The notes below the pieces were generated by a model. The model did no database searches. It was given only the letters and a program-made list of their open reading frames with translations, and was not told the origin of the DNA. A DNA stretch of 58,008 nucleotides, taken from positions 1-58,008 of the IMG/VR virus record IMGVR_UViG_3300020432_000001, one strand, 5' to 3'. Positions 19,853-26,212 of the stretch are shown in pieces. Position numbers and translations under genes: made by a program. The first letter of the stretch is position 1; the number at the start of each line of letters is the position of its first letter. The stretch is from a virus. Lineage: Duplodnaviria; Caudoviricetes.

Positions 19853-20648
19853 ACTTTATATTTCCTTTATGTTCATAGTTATATATTTCCATATGCTTTG
19901 GTTCAAAGTCATCTACGCTTAACTGTGGTTGCAAATGATAGTTAGCATCATAATGTACATAACCATTTTCTATTTGTGACCAAGCTGTACTAAAATGATC
20001 TGAATAAATATGTGCATCAGCTACCATTAGTTTTAGTGTACCTGACTTAGCACCAATTAAGTTAGACCAACATGCTAGCATAGTAGCACCAAATACCATA
20101 TCACTTGGTATACCTACCATCCAATCACCTGATCTTGAATACATTAACATAGATAAAGTTTTCTCATTATCATATTTATCTTCATCAACATAAAATTGAT
20201 ATAAGAAATGGCATGGTGGTAAGCTTAGATCTTCCATACCTTTAGGATTCCATGCGCTAATAATATGTCTTCTATCATATGGATTAGATCTAAGATTATT
20301 TAATACATTTCTTACTTGATTAACACCATTAAAATTATACCAACTATTACCGTAACTAAGACGTAACTCGCCAGTATCAGGATCTCCGAACTCATTCCAG
20401 TAATTACACCCCCATTTCTGAAAGTCTTTAACATTTTTAGGCTGTCTAATTATAGCAGCATATTCACCTAGTACACCTTCATAGTGTATCTTACGTGATG
20501 TTAGTAACGGGAAGTAATGATTACGCATATCAAATTCTAGTTCTTTAAATGGCAAAGATCTAGTATAACCATTACGACCTTCTTTCTGACGACCATATCT
20601 TAGTATGTCTTCAGCTATATTTAAATACTTTTGATTATATATTTGCAT
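19836..20648 (-). CDS. thyA: Thymidylate synthase (ThyA)-family protein with Asp at the dUMP-specificity Asn; candidate dCMP methylase/hydroxymethylase
   Basis: FPLLTSRK, RRHIISAWNP, LPPCH and DAHIY. RSGDWMVGIPSD aligns with E. coli RSCDVFLGLPFN, giving N177->D. Confidence 0.85.
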   Translation of the reverse strand: MQIYNQKYLNIAEDILRYGRQKEGRNGYTRSLPFKELEFDMRNHYFPLLTSRKIHYEGVLGEYAAIIRQPKNVKDFQKWGCNYWNEFGDPDTGELRLSYGNSWYNFNGVNQVRNVLNNLRSNPYDRRHIISAWNPKGMEDLSLPPCHFLYQFYVDEDKYDNEKTLSMLMYSRSGDWMVGIPSDMVFGATMLACWSNLIGAKSGTLKLMVADAHIYSDHFSTAWSQIENGYVHYDANYHLQPQLSVDDFEPKHMEIYNYEHKGNIKYELKT

Positions 20649-20650
20649 GT

Positions 20651-20872
20651 TTATTCACTTTTGAATATATCTGTTAAGTCACCTTCAACATAAAGTCTGG
20701 TACCTGATTTCATATATACACATAAAGAACCAGCGTTCCATTCTTCAATTGATTCAATTTCATCTAATTTTATTGCAATATTCTTTTCAGAGTATTGTTG
20801 TTTACATAGTAATACATTATATTTAATAGCATCACCATATTTACCATGATTAAATAGATTTTTAAATTGCAT
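20651..20872 (-). CDS. Hypothetical protein
   Basis: 73-aa ORF tightly packed in the operon. Confidence 0.65.
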   Translation of the reverse strand: MQFKNLFNHGKYGDAIKYNVLLCKQQYSEKNIAIKLDEIESIEEWNAGSLCVYMKSGTRLYVEGDLTDIFKSE

Positions 20873-21196
20873 TTATATTCCTTTCTCAGAATTAATTTTA
20901 TCAATAACATCTGCTTCTTTCATATGTTCATTCTGTAAATACGCAGAAAACATTGCACAGTAAACTGCCATATCTGTTAGTGAATCTTCAAGTGATTCAA
21001 AGTTACTTTTCTTATCTGCTTTTTGTGCTAAGTTCATAATTCTTAAATATTTAGTATGAATCATGTGCAAGTATGATAAGTTACCAAATGGAAAATAATC
21101 TTCTTCAGTATATCTATCACCTTGGTAATCAGCTTGTTTCTTTTCTTTAAGCTCAGCTGCTTCTTTTAAGATTGTTGAGGCTGTTACTTTTGCCAT
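20873..21196 (-). CDS. DUF1599 / nucleotide-modification-associated domain 1 (Nmad1)-like protein
   Basis: KKQADY..TKYLRI..FESLEDSLTDMAVY pattern. Close to the TS homolog. Confidence 0.65.
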   Translation of the reverse strand: MAKVTASTILKEAAELKEKKQADYQGDRYTEEDYFPFGNLSYLHMIHTKYLRIMNLAQKADKKSNFESLEDSLTDMAVYCAMFSAYLQNEHMKEADVIDKINSEKGI

Positions 21197-21330
21197 TGAT
21201 CTTTCCTTTCTTTTTTTCGGTTATATTTCTTTTTATTTTTAACAACTTTTTGACGATACTTAGGATCTTCAAGTGTTTTAGCAATAGGATTTACTTTAAT
21301 TAGTAAAGGATTAGTTATATGTATTTTCAT
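21184..21330 (-). CDS. Small basic hypothetical protein (likely start ATG 21330, MKIHITNP...)
   Basis: GGAG SD upstream of ATG 21330. NPIAK.L..PKYRQKVVKNKKKYNRK. Confidence 0.6.
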   Translation of the reverse strand: MKIHITNPLLIKVNPIAKTLEDPKYRQKVVKNKKKYNRKKERKDQWQK

Positions 21331-21371
21331 GACCGCATACTCCGGATGTGGGTTATAAAAAATTATGTATT

Positions 21372-21394
21372 GAAAAATTTGCGATAGCAAATTT
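21372..21394 (-). promoter_or_regulatory. Hairpin promoter H1 (putative vRNAP promoter; hairpin on the plus/template strand, driving the replication operon)
   Basis: gaa-aaatttgc-gata-gcaaattt; one of five covarying copies. Confidence 0.75.
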
Positions 21395-21400
21395 AAAAAG

Positions 21401-21417
21401 ATTAAATGTCTCCTAAA
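21401..21417 (+). promoter_or_regulatory. T7-like phage RNAP promoter (terS)
   Basis: attaaatgtctcctaaa|aga, 20 nt before the terS ATG. Confidence 0.7.
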
Positions 21418-21437
21418 AGATATTTAAGGAGGTAATT

Positions 21438-21839
21438 ATGGGTTATGAAAATAATGGTAAACATCCTAACTCACTGGCACAGCTAAGGCCAGTTATAGAT
21501 TCTGATACTGCTCGTGAGATGCAAGCTAAAGGTGCAGAAAAACGTAGGCAAAATAAAGCGCTCCGAGAAGCTATGAGACTATCAGCCTCCGAGTTTAAAA
21601 AAATTCGCGATGAGGTTGTTAGTGAAATGCCATCTGCTGTTGATATATTGAAAGTACAGTTAGCCAAAGCGATAGAGATAGAAGACCAGGAAACTATAGA
21701 AAGGTTAGCTATAGCTCTTGCAGAATATGAGCAGCCTAAGTTGCAACGTATAGATCAAACAAATTTAGAATTAGATACTTCGGAATTATCAGAGGAAGAT
21801 TTGCAAAAGAAAATTGCGGAACTGCAGACTGTTAGTTAA
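21438..21839 (+). CDS. terS: Probable terminase small subunit
   Basis: HPNSLAQLRP..AREMQAKG N-terminus and YEQPKLQRID..ELSEEDL C-terminus typical of TerS. Shares its promoter motif with terL. Strong SD. Confidence 0.65.
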   Translation: MGYENNGKHPNSLAQLRPVIDSDTAREMQAKGAEKRRQNKALREAMRLSASEFKKIRDEVVSEMPSAVDILKVQLAKAIEIEDQETIERLAIALAEYEQPKLQRIDQTNLELDTSELSEEDLQKKIAELQTVS

Positions 21840-21875
21840 ACGGATGTGGGTTCGGATGTTGGTTAGGTTTTAAAC

Positions 21876-21921
21876 AAGCCTAGAGGCACTACTTGATTGT
21901 AGGCGCTCTAGGCTTATTTTT
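21876..21921. terminator. Intrinsic terminator between terS and the converging tRNA unit
   Basis: aagcctagag...ctctaggctt followed by attttt. Confidence 0.7.
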
Positions 21922-22025
21922 GCGATCTTACCAGGCCGAGTAAGCTCAAGGAACCTGTCAAGAGAAGTTGCGTGGTTATTTAATGTCGTCGCTACCGACT
22001 AGGAGGCCTTAACTCTTATCGCAAA
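21919..22025 (-). ncRNA. Candidate structured ncRNA immediately 3' of tRNA-His
   Basis: GC-rich non-coding segment closed by TTTGCGAT/ATCGCAAA, with internal stems AAGAG/CTCTT, GTCG/CGAC and CTTAC/GTAAG. Confidence 0.45.
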
Positions 22026-22026
22026 C

Positions 22027-22101
22027 TGGGGTAACTATTGAGACTTGAACTCAAACTAACAGAATCACAAACTGTCGTGCAACCGTTACACTATAGTTAC
22101 C
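22027..22101 (-). tRNA. tRNA-His(GTG) with encoded G-1, C73 and CCA
   Basis: Minus strand reads GGTAACTA-TAGTGTAACGGTTGCAC-G-ACAGT-TTGTGAT-TCTGT-TAGT-TTGAG-TTCAAGT-CTCAA-TAGTTACC-CCA: a full cloverleaf with one T-T mismatch at the base of the anticodon stem. Confidence 0.9.
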
Positions 22102-22327
22102 GTAATGTTTTTTGTTCGTCACGAAGTATTTGAATATAATCGTATGCATCTTTCTTATTCTTGAACGAACCTAATGGAACCCAGTGAGTTCCGTTAATCT
22201 TTTGTTTAGCTTTGATTTGATCTTTAGTTACTAAGCCGAGATCAAGAGCTGTAGCTTTAGCAAATGCTCGAACTCGATTATCAACTTTAGATCTTTCAGA
22301 AACATCGAAGTGGAATAGCTTAATCAT
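22097..22327 (-). CDS. Early hypothetical protein
   Basis: 76 aa; ATGA overlap with the upstream ORF; its stop overlaps the tRNA 5' end. Confidence 0.65.
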   Translation of the reverse strand: MIKLFHFDVSERSKVDNRVRAFAKATALDLGLVTKDQIKAKQKINGTHWVPLGSFKNKKDAYDYIQILRDEQKTLR

Positions 22328-22563
22328 AGTATAACTTCAACGTGTTTGTCGAACCATTCTTTGTTAACACCTTTCATAGCCATACGTTGAGCTAGTTTAA
22401 GCTTAGCAACTCTATTATGAAATCTGTTAGAATCAAAGTTAGGATTTCGAGATTTACAGAATGATGCTAGTAAATCAATAGTAGCATCGCAAAGTAATTC
22501 TTTGTGAGTTTCGTCAGCACACATATGTGCAAGTGCTTCGAAGTCTTGTCTTGTCATACTCAT
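22324..22563 (-). CDS. Early hypothetical protein
   Basis: 79 aa with the MTRQDFEALA..NPNFDSNRF pattern seen in small phage proteins. Confidence 0.7.
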   Translation of the reverse strand: MSMTRQDFEALAHMCADETHKELLCDATIDLLASFCKSRNPNFDSNRFHNRVAKLKLAQRMAMKGVNKEWFDKHVEVIL

Positions 22564-22642
22564 ATTATTACAACCTTTACATTTTCAATGATTAAAATTA
22601 AAGTAATACCTAAAGCTATGCCGAGCATAAATCTTGTAATAG

Positions 22643-22831
22643 TCATATTAATCTGTCTCCTATCTTATTAAGCATATTTAATTCTGAACATGCATCTTTA
22701 TAACCTTTACGATCTTTAGTATTATACTTTTCATCAATTTTAGAATTAATTAAGAATACTCGGTGTTCGATAAGATCAAGAAGCAAATCGCGTTCTTTCT
22801 CATCGAGTAATATTTTATATTCGACTACCAT
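22643..22831 (-). CDS. Early hypothetical protein
   Basis: 62-aa ORF packed against the upstream ORF. Confidence 0.6.
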   Translation of the reverse strand: MVVEYKILLDEKERDLLLDLIEHRVFLINSKIDEKYNTKDRKGYKDACSELNMLNKIGDRLI

Positions 22832-22833
22832 AA

Positions 22834-23115
22834 TTAGAAATTACAGAATGTTGAAGTCATAACATTTCGTATTTCATGATTTTCGATGTCTTCGAGATCT
22901 TTATATTCATCGGAAGTACGAGAGCCTGCAATAATAATTTCTATGTCTTCATCGGTAAAATTATTGTTAGCTGCTAATTGAGTTATATTTTCACGGAACT
23001 CTAGAACAGTTTCTTCAATAAAATCATTTACGATAGATTCGAGCTCAGCACATCTGGCTTCGTGTACTGATTGAGCAGTGCTAATAATATCTTTATATAC
23101 TTGAAATAGTGGCAT
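22834..23115 (-). CDS. Acidic early hypothetical protein
   Basis: 93 aa, Glu/Asp-rich, preceded by pseudoknot PK2. Confidence 0.65.
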   Translation of the reverse strand: MPLFQVYKDIISTAQSVHEARCAELESIVNDFIEETVLEFRENITQLAANNNFTDEDIEIIIAGSRTSDEYKDLEDIENHEIRNVMTSTFCNF

Positions 23116-23145
23116 AATAATATACTCTTTAGTTGTTAAAAGGAA

Positions 23146-23173
23146 TGAATAGTTTTAAATCATATTCAGGATT
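23146..23173 (-). promoter_or_regulatory. H-type RNA pseudoknot PK2 in a 5' leader
   Basis: AATC-CTGAATAT-GATT-TAAAAC-TATTCA; covaries with PK1. Confidence 0.6.
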
Positions 23174-23268
23174 ATTTGTAGTACAATAGATATAGGATCG
23201 CTCTGATAATTACCAGAAGACCAACAGCTATACCAGCCATTTCCCAAAATGGGTTAGGTTCAAGGTTA

Positions 23269-23766
23269 CTACGCATATTTAGTTTGCTTTGCATTATATT
23301 CTAAACGCCATATTTTATTTTTAAGTTTTTCGATTTGACGTTGAACACCAGGAGTTTGACCGGTTTCGATTTCGTGTTTAAGTTTATCAAGGCTTTGTCG
23401 ATCGTGATGTACATATACATCGAACTCTTCAGCAAACTTATGATTAAGATTAGAATCGGCATTGCCATGTAATAGCTTTTGAGTTTGTGGAATGCCATAA
23501 GCACCTTTGAAGTATCGAACTAGAGGAGCTTTGTATTTGGTATGCCATCTTCGTGGGCCACGCGCCATAAGGCGCACTGTATAAAGCATATCATATTCTG
23601 TAACCATATTATAAGTTCTTGCATGCTTTCTTACGTTAGCATTTTGTTTAGTAATAGTATTTTTAAGATCGATAAGACTTTTATCATCTTTAGATGCAAC
23701 AGTAAACTTATATGACTTAGATCGCCATGATGTTTTACTGTTACGAGGTTTACGATATACAGCCAT
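23269..23766 (-). CDS. Basic early hypothetical protein
   Basis: 165 aa with an AAGGAG SD. Confidence 0.75.
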   Translation of the reverse strand: MAVYRKPRNSKTSWRSKSYKFTVASKDDKSLIDLKNTITKQNANVRKHARTYNMVTEYDMLYTVRLMARGPRRWHTKYKAPLVRYFKGAYGIPQTQKLLHGNADSNLNHKFAEEFDVYVHHDRQSLDKLKHEIETGQTPGVQRQIEKLKNKIWRLEYNAKQTKYA

Positions 23767-23771
23767 AACAA

Positions 23772-23960
23772 TTACTCCTTACAATATTCTTTAGATGCAC
23801 GAAGTTTTTCATCTCTGTCATGGATCCAGACGTAACTCCAATGACCGCTAGTAGTACACTTTTTACCGAGCGTAGATACTGCAGGATTATTTAACGGTTT
23901 AGGTAGAAATGAACATGCAGTTAGAGTGCATGCGGTTAATATAACAATAAGATATTTCAT
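23772..23960 (-). CDS. Small early lipoprotein
   Basis: MKYLIVILTACTLTAC lipobox signal peptide; two further Cys. Confidence 0.65.
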   Translation of the reverse strand: MKYLIVILTACTLTACSFLPKPLNNPAVSTLGKKCTTSGHWSYVWIHDRDEKLRASKEYCKE

Positions 23961-24040
23961 ATAGATTTCCTCGCGGATGATGGTTGAACTAAATAATACT
24001 GGAAGACATGCGTTAGCACATCTTCCAGAATCAATATTAA

Positions 24041-24535
24041 CTAAAATGGCATTTCAGAACTATTGCTAGTATCACTACCTTCACTTACAACAGGTTCGAA
24101 ATCAACAGGTGCTGTATATTCTTTAAAGTCTATAACTTGTACAGCAGTTAATGAATTAGCGATACCTTCACGACCGGCTTGTTTGTAAGGATATTGATAA
24201 ACAATAACATTACCTGTTGAGCCGTTACCGATTTGCGAAATCTTTTCGTGAGGTAAAGCAACAGCACTTGAATCAACAACTCTTACAGCAGAGTTAGCAT
24301 CACCATTAGCTTTTACAGCTTTACGCTTTAAGCTAACAGTAAACTTGGTTGAGTCCATTTTATCTTGTTTAACATTAAGATGATTAGAAGACCAAGTATC
24401 AGCTATAGCTTTGTCTGTAGTTGCTATTTGTAGTTCCCATTGTTCAGTGCCAAATGGATTTACAGGCTTTGATAGCTTAGCCCAATTTAATTCAACATTA
24501 TCTATACGATAATTTCTTGCTTCAAATTCTTGCAT
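24041..24535 (-). CDS. ssb: Single-stranded DNA-binding protein (T7 gp2.5-like OB fold)
   Basis: LNWAKL..P, IGNGSTGNV and LTAVQVIDF, with an acidic tail ending MPF. Confidence 0.8.
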   Translation of the reverse strand: MQEFEARNYRIDNVELNWAKLSKPVNPFGTEQWELQIATTDKAIADTWSSNHLNVKQDKMDSTKFTVSLKRKAVKANGDANSAVRVVDSSAVALPHEKISQIGNGSTGNVIVYQYPYKQAGREGIANSLTAVQVIDFKEYTAPVDFEPVVSEGSDTSNSSEMPF

Positions 24536-24573
24536 GAATAGTACCTTTCCTATGCTAGAGTTAATATTTATAT

Positions 24574-24602
24574 TGAGCAGTTTTTCAGACTTACTCAGGT
24601 CT
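24574..24602 (-). promoter_or_regulatory. H-type RNA pseudoknot PK1 in the ssb leader
   Basis: AGAC-CTGAGTAA-GTCT-GAAAAAC-TGCTCA. Confidence 0.6.
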
Positions 24603-24671
24603 ACTCACTTCTCAATTGATATATGTATACCATGTATCTTAAAAAGATATTTAGTTAGAGAAGATGGTGAG

Positions 24672-24694
24672 GAAAAATTTGCGTTAGCAAATTT
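24672..24694 (-). promoter_or_regulatory. Hairpin promoter H2 (upstream of ssb)
   Basis: gaa-aaatttgc-gtta-gcaaattt. Confidence 0.75.
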
Positions 24695-24712
24695 AAAAGG
24701 TTAAGAAAGAGA

Positions 24713-24919
24713 TTATTGAGATTCTTGTTCCATAGCTTTAGCTTGGTTACGCCAAGAGTACATCATATCAATTTCTGATTGAGATAAAAGATCTTCAGCT
24801 TTAGGCTCAAGATGCTTTAAGATAAGATCAAGTTTCTTATTGATCTTTTCGAATTTCATAAAGATTAATAAGAACTCAGCTTCGAGATCTTTATCGGATA
24901 ACGGTTGTACTGGTCGCAT
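24713..24919 (-). CDS. Early hypothetical protein
   Basis: 68 aa with an AGGAG SD. Confidence 0.7.
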   Translation of the reverse strand: MRPVQPLSDKDLEAEFLLIFMKFEKINKKLDLILKHLEPKAEDLLSQSEIDMMYSWRNQAKAMEQESQ

Positions 24920-25013
24920 GTGCGATTCTCCTGTTGTGGGTTGACGGATGACAAGTATTTTTTAGAGAACACCAGAGCAACTATAACAAAACTCTGGTGT
25001 TCTCACTCTCTCT

Positions 25014-25277
25014 TTATATTTGATGGTGACAGTAGCCACATACACGTACATGGTCGTATTTTATTTCGCATGTATAGTGATTAAAGTCTTCTTCATGATA
25101 ACAATTATCGCATTTATATGAATCAGAATATATAGAATACTGATATTCATCATGATAATTATGAGTAGCAACAGGTTCTTTGGAATCTCTGAGAGCTGCT
25201 GCTTCTTCATAAGATATATTTTTAATTACAAATTTATTTTCATAGTTATCGAATAAGCTAAATGTTTCTATAGCCAT
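25014..25277 (-). CDS. Early hypothetical protein with a C-terminal zinc-ribbon-like motif
   Basis: CDNC...CGYC; GGAG SD; directly downstream of hairpin H3. Confidence 0.7.
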   Translation of the reverse strand: MAIETFSLFDNYENKFVIKNISYEEAAALRDSKEPVATHNYHDEYQYSIYSDSYKCDNCYHEEDFNHYTCEIKYDHVRVCGYCHHQI

Positions 25278-25315
25278 GGTTTTTATCTCCGAATTTGTTA
25301 AAAGAAAAGAGTATT

Positions 25316-25338
25316 GAAAAATTTACGTTAGTAAATTT
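25316..25338 (-). promoter_or_regulatory. Hairpin promoter H3
   Basis: gaa-aaatttac-gtta-gtaaattt (compensated stem). Confidence 0.75.
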
Positions 25339-25613
25339 AAGAGAAGATGTAAAGGAGGTGTTACAAACAATGCGTAATCACATAGGACGCGGGGTATATT
25401 GTCAGTATTCTGACAGAATAACTTCAAGTAAACTCCATTGTTAAAAATCTGACAGCACTATAAGCACTTATAGCCCCCTATACGGATGTCGGTACCAAAA
25501 AATTTTTTATAAAGATAAGATTATAATAATAATTATAAATATATAATAGTGATATTTTGATATGATTATATATATATTATATTTAGATATAATTATTATT
25601 ATAAAATAGTAAA

Positions 25614-25636
25614 GAAAAATTTATGATAATAAATTT
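25614..25636 (-). promoter_or_regulatory. Hairpin promoter H4 (C-free variant)
   Basis: gaa-aaatttat-gata-ataaattt; overlaps the stop codon of the G-less gene. Confidence 0.7.
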
Positions 25637-26147
25637 AAGAATTATTAGGAATATTATTATTTAATAATTGATTAAAGTTATTATGAGAGTTATTTTGTTG
25701 ATTATTAATATTATTTAAATTATTTTGAGTATATGTATTTAAAGATTTATTAATAATTTTATGAAATTGATTATATATTTGTAATGTAGAAGGATTATAA
25801 ATTATATAATAAATTATAAGTTGTTGATTATTTAATTGTTGAATAATAGTAGGTGAATTTATATATTGATGTAAATTATTTATTTGTTTAATAGTAGTAA
25901 TTAAAGAATAAATATTATTATTATATAAATGTATAGTATTATTATTTGAATTAAATAAAAAGAATTGTAAATTTAATTGGTTAGATTTAATAAGATTAGT
26001 TATATTAGGTTGATTAATATAAGTAAAAAGATTATTAAATTGTTGATGATTATATAGAGGATTATAATATAATTGTAAAGGATTTTTAGAATTATATTGT
26101 TGATAATTATTTTGTTGATAATTATTTTGGTAATTAAATGTGGACAT
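25635..26147 (-). CDS. 170-aa Asn/Gln/Tyr-rich protein encoded entirely by G-free codons; probable first early gene
   Basis: AGGAG-TGGGT-ATG start. Uses only F, L, I, S, P, T, Y, H, Q, N and K after Met. Stays open for 170 codons in a TAA-prone composition. Hairpin H5 lies upstream. Confidence 0.75.
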   Translation of the reverse strand: MSTFNYQNNYQQNNYQQYNSKNPLQLYYNPLYNHQQFNNLFTYINQPNITNLIKSNQLNLQFFLFNSNNNTIHLYNNNIYSLITTIKQINNLHQYINSPTIIQQLNNQQLIIYYIIYNPSTLQIYNQFHKIINKSLNTYTQNNLNNINNQQNNSHNNFNQLLNNNIPNNS

Positions 26148-26188
26148 ACCCACTCCTGTATAATTGTTATAGTTTAAATTTAAGTATA

Positions 26189-26212
26189 GAAAAATTTATG
26201 TTAATAAATTTT
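26189..26212 (-). promoter_or_regulatory. Hairpin promoter H5 (C-free variant) upstream of the G-less gene
   Basis: gaa-aaatttat-gtta-ataaattt. Confidence 0.75.

Noticed and set aside
21331-21390. Upstream TTG extension of ORF 21184..21390
   Set aside because: It runs through hairpin H1; ATG 21330 has the SD.
23146-24602. PK1/PK2 as hammerhead ribozymes (CUGA...AAAC)
   Set aside because: They lack the CUGANGA-stem II-GAAA arrangement; the pairing fits an H-type pseudoknot.
24628-24650. catgtatcttaaaaaga as another T7-like promoter
   Set aside because: Two mismatches in the GTCYCCT core and no plus-strand gene downstream.
25466-25482. acttatagccccctata as another T7-like promoter
   Set aside because: The core resembles the family but +1 would be C and no gene follows. 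Left unresolved, though it does border the C-free tract.
21372-26212. Hairpin repeats as a CRISPR array or as terminators
   Set aside because: Spacing is irregular (about 300-3300 bp) with genes between, there are no cas genes, the stems are AT-rich, and they sit upstream of genes.
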